The notes below the pieces were generated by a model. That model searched no databases, was not told the DNA's origin, and saw only the letters and a list, made by a program, of their open reading frames with translations. Source: Eledone cirrhosa (taxonomy: Eukaryota). Taken from it: DNA of 64,000 bases. Both the position numbers and the translations under genes were made by a program. Shown here piece by piece: positions 1-15,343 of this stretch (positions within the stretch are counted from its first letter, which is position 1; each line of letters opens with the position of its first letter). The stretch lies in the NCBI GenBank assembly GCA_964016885.1, contig OZ024751.1, forward strand, positions 27,652,001 to 27,716,000. Direction: 5' to 3'.

Positions 1-1921
<1,921 letters not shown>

Positions 1922-1926
1922 CACAT

Positions 1927-2416
1927 GTAGCCACGGAATAGGCAGACCCAGAAAAACCTGGGACGAGCTGATAAACTCCGACCTCACACACTTACACCTC
2001 ACCAAGACGATGTCACTGGACCGAGACCTTTGGCGGTACTCAGTAATAGAGAAGACCCGCCTTACCTAAATACAAAGTAAAATCTACTACACCTCCGTCC
2101 CACCGCCCCCTTCTATGTAAAGTTATGTTGGTGCCACACCATCCAGACCGAAACAAATGAGATCGTGTAGGTGTCACGACAAAAAAACACATAGTCCACG
2201 CTGTAATGTGGCCGTGTAGGTAACACGGTAAAAACCTCCCAGACCCACACTGTAAATGTGGTTGGTGTTAGGAAGGGCATCCAAATGTAGAAAACCTGCC
2301 AGACAGTCCTATGCGAGCAAGACAATCACTCTTGCCTCAAGTGGGAAAACCCCCGTCCAAACCCATGCAAGCGTGAAACACGGACGTTAAACGTTGATGA
2401 TGATGATGATGATGAT
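1927..2416 (+). mobile_element. RTE-clade LINE, 5'-truncated 3' end with (GAT)n tail
   Basis: Encodes ...[15 protein letters not shown]...[16 protein letters not shown] (RTE ORF C-terminus), followed by the conserved 3' UTR (GTGGTTGGTGTTAGGAAGGGCATCCA) and GATGATGAT; near-identical to 15500-16125. Confidence 0.9.
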
Positions 2417-2486
2417 ATACATATATATATACACATATATACATATATATATATATATACATATATACATATATATATATATACAC

Positions 2487-4900
2487 ATCACTTCCATAAG
2501 CTTCAGTGATCTGTGGTCTGCTCTCACCACCTCCGCCCATGTTTTTCGTGGTCATCCTCTACTGCGTCTTCCTTCTACTGGGATGTCTTGGCACTTCTTT
2601 ACCCAGCGGTCAACCTCTATGCACATCACATGTCCATACCATCTCGGTCTTCTCTCCCGTACACTACAGTCTATCCCTCTTATACACAGTTTCTCTCCCA
2701 ACTCATCTATGCTTGGTCATTCACGCACATTGACATTGCACATCCAACGGAGCATGCTTGCTTCATTTCTTTCCAGCCGTCGGACATCCTCTGCTGTTGC
2801 TGCCCATGTCTCACTACCATGCGGCATCGCGCATCTCACACAGGCATCATATAACTGGCTTTTTCGTACGCAGAGAGAAACCCTTCTTTGCCAAGAGAGG
2901 AAGCAGCTCCCTAAACTTCTTCCAACCCGTCCTTATTCTGGATACTATAGCCTCGCAATGCACCCCTCCCTTGCTAATCTGATCACCTAGGTACAGGAAG
3001 CTATCAACCACTACTATAGACCCACCTGCATTTGAAAAATGTGTCTATCACTGCGATTATTACTGTCAACTTTCCCTGTACATCTACTGCATACATAGTT
3101 TTCTCTACCTGTTAGTTTCCCTGCTATCCCACTACATCTCTTTTGTACCCAAGATCTCCATCATGTATATTTTATAGAATTTATGCCAGTTCCTTTTCTA
3201 CATATCGAACATGGCCATTTCCCTGATAGAATCAGAGTTTTGTCCTCTTTTCTACTCATCAACACTTTTGTCTTAGCTAGGTTCACTCTCAGTCCTCTTG
3301 CTTCCAACTGCTGTTTCCATAGCCAGAATTTATTCTCTAGCTCCTCTACTGATTCTGCTATAAGAATAGAGAAGTTCCCATGGACAGCCAGTCTTAAACT
3401 CCTCTGTTATGGCTTAGAGGACTATAATGAACAAGAGCAGGCTGAGGACCGAATCTTGATGTACTCCTACTGGTATCTGGAATTCTTGACTTTACTGACT
3501 TTACTGACAGCATCTCTGTACAAAGTTTGCATTGTCCTCATAAGCCATTCCTCAACACCTAGTTTCCTTAGGGACCACCAGATGACAGATTGGGGTACTC
3601 TATCAAAGGCCTTCTCTAGGTCAACAAAGCTAAGTATAGTGGCTCATTCTTCTCTAAGAACTTCTCTTGTAATTGTCTCACCAAGAAGAGGGCATCTGTT
3701 GTACTTTTCCCAGGCACAAAACCAAACTGCATCTCATCTAGTTTGACCCTTTCTCTAATTAGTTGTGCTAATATCCTTTCTGCCATTTTCATAACCTGAT
3801 CCATCAGTTTTATACCCCTATAATTGCTCCTCTCCAGAGCATCCCCATAACCTTTGTAGCAATTTACGAGAATACTGCTCCACCATATATAGCCTGATTG
3901 ATGATGCATGCAACCAGTTTAGTGCCTACGTCCCCTGATGCCTTCAGCATCTCAGCAACTATCTTTGATGGTCCAGCGGCCTTAACATTTTTCATTTCCT
4001 TAATCGCCTCTTTGACCCTATATTCGTCAATCTCAATAGCTGGTCCCTCTGTCGGATCTACTGAGGGTAATTTCTCTCTCTCCCATTCGATCTCCACATT
4101 CATCAGTCTCTCATGATGACATTTCCAGGCCTCCTTTTTCGGTACATTCGTGACACTAAGTACACCGGCATCATTCCGGACACATTTATCTCCAACAACA
4201 TCCTGATTTTCATTGACACACTGCCTTGCAATGTGGAACACCGCACGCCTCTGATCTTCCCGTCGCAGAACATTGGCAAACCCTCCTACTCTCAGCCTCC
4301 CTGCGTGCTAAATACACCTGATGTCTAGCTTCTCTCTTAGCGGCTGTATATCCTTCCCTACTCTCACCCTTTTCCCAAGCCTTCCATGCTACTCTTTTGT
4401 TGTCACATAAGTTGTCACGTAAGAAATTCCAGTTATTATCTATATTATACGACTCTAAATCATCTTCTTTTTCGTCATACACATCTTGAAGGGCTTTCCT
4501 AAATTTGTATTTTAGTGAAAGGTCTTTTAGCTTCCAGATCTTTCTTCTCCACACCTTCCTGTAGGTCTCATTCTTTCTTTTGCCTACTGAGATATCATTA
4601 ATGACTAACCTATGCTGTGGGGTACATTCTTCCCCAGGGTATGCCTTGGTATTTGACACCATCTGCCTGTCCCGCTGCCTAATTAGTAAGAAGTCAATCT
4701 GGCTTATGTGCTCGCCTGATTTGTAGGTTATTAGGTGGTTGGCAGGTTTCTGGAAGTTAGTGTTGCAAATAGTCAGTGTACTTGCATCACAAAATTCAAG
4801 AAGTTTCACTCCTTCATTTCTTGAGCCATAACCATGCCCACCATGTACCACAGTGTAACCATCCCGGAGCTGTCCAACATGATCATTGATCCTCCCCTGC
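2487..4900 (-). mobile_element. Degenerate RTE LINE (APE endonuclease + RT remnants)
   Basis: Minus-strand ORF fragments HGGHGYGSRNEGVKLLEFC, SQIDFLL (APE), NYRGIKLMDQVMK, QFGFVPGKSTTDALF (RT); frameshifts and deletions. Confidence 0.92.
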
Positions 4901-4906
4901 TAACAT

Positions 4907-4908
4907 AA

Positions 4909-4949
<41 letters not shown>

Positions 4950-6007
4950 TATATATATATTATATATTATATATATATATATATTATATATTATATATAT
5001 ATATATATTATATATATATATATATATTATATATTATATATATATATATATTATATATATATATTATATATATATATATATACATTATATATATATTATA
5101 TATATATATTATATATATTATATATATTATATATATATATTATATATATATATATAATGTATATATATATGTATATATAATGTATATATATATATAATGT
5201 ATATATATATATAATGTATATATATATGTATATATAATGTATATATATATATAATGTATATATATATAATGTATATATATATATATAAATATATATATAA
5301 GGTATATATATATATATATATATATAATGTATATATATATATATATTATATATATAATGTATATATATATAATGTATATATATATATAATATATATATAA
5401 TATATGTATATATATATATAATATATATATAATGTATGTATATATATATATAATATATATATAATATATGTATATATATATATAATATATATATAATATA
5501 TGTATATATATATATAATATATATATAATGTATATATATATATATATAATATATATATATTGTATATATACATATATATAATATATATATAATGTATATA
5601 TATATATATATAATATATATATAATGTATATATATATATATATATAATATATATATAATGTGTATATATATATATATAATATATATATAATGTATGTATA
5701 TATATATATAATATATATATAATATATGTATATATATATATAATATATATATAATATATGTATATATATATATAATATATATATAATATATGTATATATA
5801 TATATAATATATATATAATGTATATATATATATATATAATATATATATATTGTATAATATAATATATATAATATATATATAATGTATATATATATATATA
5901 ATATATATATAATGTATATATATATATATATATATATATAAGTATATATATATATATATATAATATATATATAATGTGTATATATATATATATATAATAT
6001 ATATATA

Positions 6008-6045
<38 letters not shown>

Positions 6046-6053
6046 TTATAATA

Positions 6054-6128
<75 letters not shown>

Positions 6129-6319
6129 TATAATGTATATATATATATATAATATATATATAATGTATATATATATATATATATAATATATATATATAAT
6201 GTATATATAATATATATTATATGTATATATATATATATAATGTATATATATATATATATATAATATATATATATAATGTATATATAATATATATATAATG
6301 TATATATATATATATAATG

Positions 6320-6359
<40 letters not shown>

Positions 6360-6592
6360 ATATATGTATATATATATAATATATATATAATGTATATATA
6401 TATATATATAATGTATATTATATATATATATAATGTATATATATATATATAATGTATATTATATACATATATAATGTATATTATATATATATATATATAT
6501 AATGTATATATATATATATATAATGTATATATATATATATATATAATGTATATATATATATATATATAATGTATATATATATATATATAATG

Positions 6593-6624
<32 letters not shown>

Positions 6625-6718
6625 GTATATATATGTATATATATATATGTATATATATGTATATATATATATGTATATATATGTATATATATATATATAT
6701 ATATGTAATATATATATG

Positions 6719-6749
<31 letters not shown>

Positions 6750-6801
6750 GTATATATATGTATATATATATATATAATGTATATATATATGTATATATAT
6801 G

Positions 6802-6832
<31 letters not shown>

Positions 6833-6955
6833 GTATATATATATGTATATATGTATATATATATATATGTATATATATATGTATATATAATGTATATATA
6901 TATATATATATGTATATATATGTATATATATATGTATATATATGTATATATATGT

Positions 6956-7031
<76 letters not shown>

Positions 7032-7032
7032 G

Positions 7033-7066
<34 letters not shown>

Positions 7067-7079
7067 TTTAATGTATAAA

Positions 7080-7111
<32 letters not shown>

Positions 7112-7138
7112 ATGTATAAATATATATGTATATATATG

Positions 7139-7188
<50 letters not shown>

Positions 7189-7249
7189 ATGTATAAATAT
7201 ATGTATATAATATATATATATATATATATATAATGTGTATAAATATATG

Positions 7250-7289
<40 letters not shown>

Positions 7290-7298
7290 ATGTATAAA

Positions 7299-7338
<40 letters not shown>

Positions 7339-7347
7339 GTGTATAAA

Positions 7348-7387
<40 letters not shown>

Positions 7388-7396
7388 GTGTATAAA

Positions 7397-7438
<42 letters not shown>

Positions 7439-7594
7439 GTATATATATATATATATAATGTATATATATATGTATATATATATATATATAATGTATAATA
7501 TTATATATATATATATATATAATGTATATGTATATATATATATATATAATGTATTATATATATATATATAATGTATATGTATATATATATATAT

Positions 7595-7627
<33 letters not shown>

Positions 7628-7647
7628 CGTAATATATATATATATAC

Positions 7648-7696
<49 letters not shown>

Positions 7697-7740
7697 ATGA
7701 TATATATATATATGTATATATATATATGTATATATATATA

Positions 7741-7788
<48 letters not shown>

Positions 7789-7797
7789 ATGTATATA

Positions 7798-7863
<66 letters not shown>

Positions 7864-7920
7864 ATGTATGTATATATATATATATATATATAAATATATA
7901 TATATATGTATATATATATA

Positions 7921-7967
<47 letters not shown>

Positions 7968-8247
7968 TATAATTACATATTTGTTTATTTAAGAATGATA
8001 ACAAAGCCAAGTTATTCTTCTTAGCTTGTTCATTGCTTTACGATCGTTTTGGAAGGTTGATTATATTGATACATTGACTGATCTATAGCAGTTACACACC
8101 TGTGTACTATCAGACATAAGATATCGCCTACACTATACCATCTTCATACATATAAACACTCACATATATAATATATATAATATATATATATACATGCATA
8201 TATAATATTTATATATATTTATATATATTATATTATATATTATATAT
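4907..8247. repeat. (TA)n-based compound microsatellite (TATAAT/ATGTAT variants)
   Basis: About 3.3 kb of almost pure A/T dinucleotide repeats, with a short unique island near 7980-8160. Confidence 0.97.
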
Positions 8248-8447
8248 NNNNNNNNNNNNNNNNNNNNNNNNNNNNNNNNNNNNNNNNNNNNNNNNNNNNN
8301 NNNNNNNNNNNNNNNNNNNNNNNNNNNNNNNNNNNNNNNNNNNNNNNNNNNNNNNNNNNNNNNNNNNNNNNNNNNNNNNNNNNNNNNNNNNNNNNNNNNN
8401 NNNNNNNNNNNNNNNNNNNNNNNNNNNNNNNNNNNNNNNNNNNNNNN
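8248..8447. other. Assembly gap (200 N)
   Basis: Run of N between (TA)n and (GA)n tracts. Confidence 1.
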
Positions 8448-8764
8448 AGAGAGAGAGAGAGAGAGAGAGGTGTATTAAGTGTGTGTAAGCTTTTTTGTTT
8501 TCAGATGTATAGTTATGTAATTTAGCCGCAGTTCAACTCTGATTAAGCAGACCGCATCTAATGAAAGGCTTTCCAGTCATGACCACTCTGCTTGTTACTC
8601 GGTTAGTGTGTCTAGAACCATATTATCCAACATGTCCTTTTATGACGGTCGGGTGTGATTAGCGGGAAATTCGGCTGCTATTTCTAGCAGATAACAACCA
8701 CTTATAGGCTCGCTCATTATATTATATGAATAAAGTGTAAAGGGAGATCTGTCTATTTGTTTGT

Positions 8765-8768
<4 letters not shown>

Positions 8769-8853
<85 letters not shown>

Positions 8854-8880
8854 CACGTGTGTGTGTGTGTGTGTGAGTGT
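8769..8880. repeat. (CT)n-(GT)n microsatellite
   Basis: Directly visible. Confidence 0.97.
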
Positions 8881-9269
8881 AATGTATATGTAGGTTTGTA
8901 TGAATTTCACCTGTCTCCTTGCTTCCAATTTTTCTTTGTTCTGCAATGTTTCCTCTCTCTCTCAAGCTTATATTCATCATGTTTCTGATGATTGCAAAAG
9001 AATGAAACAGTTCTTGTCCTGTAGAAGTTATTTCTGTATATGAATATGTATCTCCTCTAATATTGAGTACCTTATTTAACTGTGGTTTCTTTCTGATCCC
9101 ACCCAAACAATCATTCTTATATACACACACATATATATATTTATGTAGAAATCAAGCCAGAATCACTTCCCGTCCCACCCTTGCAAGCAGGGAAAAGCGG
9201 ACGTAAAATGATGATGATGATGATATATATACACACACACACACATATATATATACATACATGTATATA

Positions 9270-9398
9270 TCCAGTTTCCTTTCACATTATATACATGTCT
9301 GTGTATATTCTAATTATTTAAAAATCATTTTTAAGTGAACATGATTGTAAAAAAATATTTTGAAGCAAACGGGACCCGTTGGGTCACGGGTGGTCTAG
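9270..9398 (+). mobile_element. Possible Helitron 3' end
   Basis: GC-rich hairpin ACCCG..CGGGT followed by CTAG|T at 9395-9399; 5' boundary not defined. Confidence 0.35.
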
Positions 9399-9475
9399 TA
9401 TTATATATATATGTGTGTATATATATATATGTATGTGAAGGCACCCGGTTGAGTGGTTAGAGAACTGGATTCTCA

Positions 9476-10360
9476 TTTAAAAGCATATTACTTGATGCTT
9501 TTGACAGTAAAAAAGAGAAATTAGAGACGTGCAATATAGAGGAACAGTGGGAATTCTTGAAAGTTAACCTGCTGAAGTCGACAGATGAAATCTGTGGCTG
9601 GAGCAACCTTTAGGCAGGAAGAGAGTAACTTGGTGGTGGAACAGTAAGGTGGAGGAGACAATCAAGGCCAAAAAGCAGGCTTGGAAAGTATGGCGGGATG
9701 GGAGAACTAGACAACACTATCAAGTGGCCAGGAGGGAAGCTAGGCAACAAGTGTACTTTGCAAGAAGGGAAGCAGAGGATAGAAAGTCCAAGCATGTTCT
9801 ACAACATGAGGACCAAAAACGTGAGGTGTTCAGGATCGCAAGACAATATGTTAAGGAAAACTGTGAGTTTGTTAGGGAGAAGTGTGTCCTTAATGTTGAC
9901 GGTTTACTTGCCCTCCACTGATACTGATAAGAAGGTAGTTTGGAAGTGTCACTACGAGAAACTACTAAATGAGGAGAATAAATGGGATAAAGATAGTCAG
10001 CCCCAAATCGATTCAATAGAGGGACAAGCTGTGCAAGTTAATGGTAGTGTAGTAAGTAAGGTAATCAAAAATATGAAGACAGGCAAGGCAGCTGGGCCTT
10101 CAGGGATAGTTGCTGAAATGTTGAATGGTGGGACATACTATGGTCACCCAGATAGTAAACCAAATAATACAGAATGGGGTCATACCAAATGACTGGCGTA
10201 GCAGCATCATCGTTAACTGCTACAAGTGTAAAGGAGATGCTCTAGATAGGAGAAACTGTAGAGGCATTAAGTTAGTTGACCAGGTCATGAAGGTCACAGA
10301 AAAAATTATAGCGCAACTAATCAGAGAGTGAATTGATCTAGATGAAATGTAGTTTAGGTT
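9476..10360 (+). mobile_element. RTE LINE internal fragment
   Basis: Fragments KAKKQAWKVW..REARQQVYFARREAE, KTGKAAGPSGIVAEML, CRGIKLVDQVMKV; its last ~120 nt recur at 12971-13090, where the element appears to resume. Confidence 0.88.
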
Positions 10361-10488
10361 TAATAAAACCTTCCTTGGTATTAAACTCTTGTTCCATTGC
10401 TCTGCTTACCTTTTGATTATCAATTTTTGTTTTTGTGTGATGCCTGAAGACACCAACCAACTAACAAACATCTCTCTTTTATATAATA

Positions 10489-10968
10489 CTAGCAGAAAAA
10501 CCACCCTTTGGGTGGTTTTCCACTAGCATGTGTAGTGTATATATTGATATTATACGCAAGTATATATACATGTAGATATGATACATCAAATAAAATCGCA
10601 ATTAACAATATGCACAGAAATTGAAGAGAGACTGCGTTACACTGTCTTATGTAATCAGTGACGTAATCCATGATACATTAAAAAAGACGATATTATATAT
10701 AAACTGCATTAGGAGAAAATTAGTGACAGAAAATTAATATGTTTATTTAAGCGATCACCACTGGAAGTGTTGACATTTGAAAATTTTAAAGAAGTGAATC
10801 TTTAAATAAATAATAAAATATATTTAATGAACAGCCACGAAATTTAGTAGATAAATTATGTAATATTCATTCATTATTTATTCAAAGTAATCCAACTTAT
10901 TTTACTAAGGGGATAAAAAATTATAAACCATACGCAGTCCTGCACTTCTTACTTTATTATAGTTTAGA
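10489..10968 (-). mobile_element. Non-autonomous Helitron
   Basis: On the minus strand: A|TC 5' end at 10968, subterminal hairpin AAAACCACCC-AAA-GGGTGGTTTT, and CTAG|T 3' end at 10489; no TSD. Confidence 0.6.
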
Positions 10969-11005
10969 TATATATCTATATATATATATATATATACACA
11001 CACAC

Positions 11006-11500
11006 ATGGAAGCCTTGGAGTGAGGAGATCCAGGAAGACTTGGGATGAGGTGATAAAAGCTGACCTTGTTCAATTGCACCTCTCAAAGACAATGACAAAG
11101 TACCAGGATCTCTGGCGGTATGCAGTAATACAAAAGACCTGCCTTCCCATGGACACAGGCTGAAGTTGAAGCATATATATAGTATGCACCCCCACTCCAC
11201 CTACCCTCCCACATGTCTCTCATGAGGACAGGCTGTAGCATACATCGAGTGAAGCCTCCAACCCATACTGTAAAGTGGTCTTGTAGGTCTCATGACAAAA
11301 AGCACCCAACACACACTGTAAATGTGGTTGGCATTAGGAAGGGCATCCAGCCATAGAAACCAAGCTAGAAACAGTTCTGTGTGAACAAGACACAGTCACG
11401 TGACCCAACTTGCCTTGAATGGGACAACCTGTCTAACCCATGCTAGTGAGGAAAAATGGGCGTTAAACAGGGATGATCATGAGGATGCTGATGATGATGA
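11006..11500 (+). mobile_element. RTE LINE 3' fragment (diverged subfamily)
   Basis: Degenerate RSRKTWDEVIKADL, the conserved GTGGTTGGCATTAGGAAGGGCATCCAG 3' UTR, and a (GAT)n tail. Confidence 0.8.
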
Positions 11501-12250
11501 TAAATATATAATTAAGCAACCTATCAGTTTACCAACAGTTTAATAACGGTTAATACAAACCCTAGAAAAGATAATTTGTAGATAAAAAATGCATAAGATA
11601 ATATACCTACAATAACAACATGGCCAGTAATTCGGTGGAATTTACATTAACAAACAAACACCTGTTGACTATAAACGACTCAAAATAATCCCATGGTTAA
11701 TAGCTGTGAGTTACAAACAACATATACACATACATACGAACTACAACACAAAAACACTTAAATGAAAATCACCTATCCGACTCTATCATGTGCTTTGCAT
11801 TACACCTCACATAACAAATACCTACATTATCACTACATGCCTCTCTAACAAATTGCACGCCATCTTAAACATTTCTAACACTTATAACATGCTTTAACAC
11901 CCCACACAAAATATATTTATTTCAACTGCATTATAACTCGTTCCTCATACATGCCTTATTGACTGTATTTACTCCTGCATTGTACACCCATAACATTAAC
12001 TGTTCTCCAATGTTAAGATATCTTATGTCTATCCTATCCCACATTTTTCCTTGCTTATAACATTTTTGCTTGTGCTTTTTACTTATACCTCTTACACCTT
12101 CAGCCAGTGCTGCCTGTAATTGTGTTCTCTCAAGCAGAACATCTTTTTAACTGCTGACTCTCCACATGATGCCTTTAACACTAACAACAATTATGTACCC
12201 TAAATGTTCTAAATGACTAGGATTTTAGTCACATGTTTCGACACTCCCTA

Positions 12251-12297
12251 TGCTCCGATGATTCCAGACTTCCCTCTGGAAGAAACAATTGTCAGCA
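12251..12297 (+). ncRNA. Minimal type-I hammerhead ribozyme (U4C core variant)
   Basis: TGCT-CCGATGA-TTCCAGA(CTTCCC)TCTGGAA-GAAA-CAATTG-TC^AGCA: stem I 4 bp, stem II 7 bp, palindromic stem III; AATAAA follows. Confidence 0.7.
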
Positions 12298-12382
12298 AAT
12301 AAATGTTCTAAACTAAAATTTGATCGTTTTAACACTTTGTATGTATGTATGTATGTATATATATATATATATATATACTGAT

Positions 12383-12955
12383 CTATTGTCTCTCGGAATT
12401 ATGTATTGTAGATATTGTTGTTAAGCCATTAAATTCTATCGTATTAGACCCTTCTAGAATCTAATCTTTTTGTTCTCGGAACTTTGTTCTGTCCATACCT
12501 TTTTGTGTTATTATTTATTATCTCTCATGTTGTAATATGCTTACATCTCCTTAGATATTGTTAAATCTGATGGACCCTTCTAGAATCCCTCTAATACATT
12601 GTTAATATGCTTACATATTCCTGTCCCCCCCCTCCCTTCTCTCCGCAAATATAAAATAAACTTTGTAGGGTACTAAGCCAGAATTTATCTAACTTTACTG
12701 CCAAATTGTTGTTGAATCAGAAATGTAAGCTCTTCAATTTTCTAGTCTCTCCTTTCGTAATCCATCTGGCCATCAATATGTAGACTGTTCTATTGTCTCT
12801 CAGAATTATGTATTGTAGATGTTGTTAAACCATTAAATTCTATCGTATTAGACACTTCTAGAATCTAATCTTTTCTCTCTCAGAACTTTCTTCTGTCCAT
12901 ACCTTTTTGTGTTATTATTTATTATCTCTCACATGTTGTAATATGCTTACATCTA
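12383..12955. repeat. ~170-bp direct repeat pair (12383-12548 and 12790-12954)
   Basis: CTATTGTCTCTC.GAATTATGTATTGTAGAT...TGTAATATGCTTACATCT occurs twice; possibly the terminal repeats of a Penelope-like remnant. Confidence 0.75.
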
Positions 12956-12962
12956 AAGTTAC

Positions 12963-14746
12963 CCAAGGGCAAAGGAGATGCTCTAGATAGAGAAAACTAT
13001 AGAGGCATTAAGTTAGTTGACCAGGTCATGAAGGTCACAGAAAGAGTTATTGCTCAACTAATTAGAGACCGAATTGATCTAGATGAAACGCAGTTTGTGG
13101 TTGAGCCAGGTAAAAGTACTATGGATGCTCTTTTCCTTGTACGGCAACTACAGGAGAAGTAAACCCCTCTACTTAGCCTTTGTTGACTTGGAGAAAGTGT
13201 TTGACGGAGTTCCCGCTCCATTATCTGGTGGGCCCTTAGAAAACTAGGAGTAGATGAATGGCTTGTGAGAGCTATACAAGCCATGTATAAAGAAACAGTC
13301 AGTAAGGATAGAATTAACAATGAATATAGTGAAGAATTTAGCGTAAAAGTTGGTGTTCATCGGGGCTCCATCCTTCTGTTTATTATTGCCCTTCTGACTA
13401 TAACAGAGGAGTTTAAGACTGGCTGCCCATGGGAACTTCTATATGCAGATGATCTAACTCTCATAGCTGAATCTATGGCTGAACTAGAGAAGAAATTCCA
13501 AACATGGAAGCATGGCCTAGAATCAAAAGGCCTTAAAGATAACTTTTCTAAGACTAAAGTTCTAGTATGTAGAAAGGAAAATAGGGCACAGGTGCCCTTT
13601 GGGAAATGGCCGTGCTCAGTGTGTAGGAAAGGAGTAGGTAGAAATTGCAAACTATGGGTAAAAGATGTAGTGGGATCACAGGTAAGCTAGCTAAGAATGT
13701 AGATTTTATATGTGGCTGACGCTCAGGTGCAATAAGTAGCAAGTGCCCACAGGATACTAACTCCTTCTACTGCCCATCTGGTTCTATAGAAATAGTGGAC
13801 ACTTTCCGTTACCAGGGTGACAAAATCAGCAGTGGTGGAGGGTGCTCTGAAAGTACAGCAGCCAGAGTTAGAACGGGATGGAAAAAGTTCAGAGAGCTAA
13901 TACCGCTGTTGGTTTCTCTCTAAAAGTGAAACGCAGATTGTGTGATGTTTTTATACGAACAGCAATGTTACATGAGCATTGTGTGCAGAGGACCTGCGCA
14001 GATTGGAAAGTAACAAAGCATGCATGCTCCATTGGATGTGTAATTGTAATATACATGAACGGCAAAACATAAACGAACTAAGATAGAAATTAGGAATAAG
14101 AGGGATCAGATGCTGTTTACCCGAGAGAAGATTACGTTGGTATGGTCACGTGATGCGCATGAAAGACAGCTGTATAAAAAAGTGCAGGGGGAAAATTGAT
14201 GGAAGTTACGGAGTAAAACCTGGGACGACATAAAATCCGACCTCACACACTTACACCTCTCTAAGACAATGTCACTGGATCGAAATCTTTGGCGCCATGC
14301 AGTAATACAGAAGACCCGCCTTCCCTACGTACAAAGTTAACCTACAGTCAGTAGGCACCTCTTAACCCAATACACACCCCAACTTACTACCCCTACTCCA
14401 TCCTCCCACTCATACCAACGCCACCCTTTCTCTGTAAAGTTATGTTGGTTCCACAACATCCAGTCCAAACTAAAGAGGTTGTGTAGGTGTCACGACAAAA
14501 AAAACAAAACACCCAGTCCACGCTCTAAAGTGGTCATGTAGGAGACACGGTAAAAAGCCTCCCAGTCCACATTCTAAATGTGGCTGGTGTTAGGAAGGGC
14601 ATCCAGCTGTAGAAAACCTGCCAGATAGTCCTATAAGAGCGAGAGACGGTTACCCGATCTATCTTGTGTCAAGTGGGACAATTCCCGTCTAACCCATTCT
14701 AGCGTGGAAGATGGACGTTAAATGATGATGATGATGATGATGATGA
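12963..14746 (+). mobile_element. RTE LINE 3' half (RT, Cys-rich insert, 3' UTR, (GAT)n tail)
   Basis: VGVHRGSILLF, CPWELLYADDL, GKWPCSVCRKGVG, followed by the conserved 3' UTR and a GATGATGAT tail. Confidence 0.92.
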
Positions 14747-14747
14747 T

Positions 14748-14930
14748 TCGTGAAGTTGTGAGTGCAATTCCCGGACCAGGCAATTCATTATGTTCTTCAG
14801 CAAGACACTTTATTTCACGTTGCTCATTCTGCCTGGAGTGTGACCGGTAGATAGTATTAGCGATTGGAAAGACCTACTGGAAACATTGTTTCCTCAGTCC
14901 GATTTGATGAGGTCTGGGATCTTGTTGATT
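14748..14930 (+). mobile_element. CORE-SINE fragment
   Basis: B-box-like GAGTGCAATTCC, CORE-like TTCAGCAAGACACTTTATTTCACGTTGCTC; tail shared with 34640-34851 (minus strand). Confidence 0.7.
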
Positions 14931-14946
14931 GACTGTTGATATATAT

Positions 14947-15141
14947 AAATAGATAGAGACTAGCCATAAAGTAGGATTTATTGGAAGCTGTTACATATGT
15001 TTCATTGGAGTGTTAGGAAGCCTGTCAGGAAGTTGCTATTCCCAATAATCTATCGGAAAAAATCGAATTCCTTACATTCCAATGAACACATATGTAAATG
15101 CTAGAAATAAATCCTACTGCATTGCTAATCTGTATCTATTT
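14947..15141. repeat. Imperfect inverted repeat (~73-bp arms) carrying hammerhead 3'-half GAAACATATGTA
   Basis: Arms 14947-15019 and 15068-15141 are reverse complements. Confidence 0.7.
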
Positions 15142-15310
15142 GTAACTACTCCATCTATTACTGATTACAGAACCCTGTAAGGATCAGTCTACGATTGACC
15201 TCTTGAAGTAACCCCCTTGCTGAGTCAAAAACTACTGTATGCTGAGACAGTCTTTGATAAGAGTTACTCTAACTCTTGAACTAGAGTAACTGAAAACGAT
15301 AACTCATATA

Positions 15311-15342
<32 letters not shown>

Positions 15343-15343
<1 letters not shown>

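Noticed and set aside
2230-2300. Twister ribozyme in the RTE 3' UTR
   Set aside because: The downstream GGAAGGGCATCC context is reminiscent of twister-bearing RTEs, but the diagnostic UAA..GUCCCAAGCC..GAGGG core is not present in any copy here.
8983-9025. CTGATGA..GAAACAGTTCTTGTC hammerhead-like motif
   Set aside because: Core words are present but there is no convincing stem I or stem II; at best a decayed copy.
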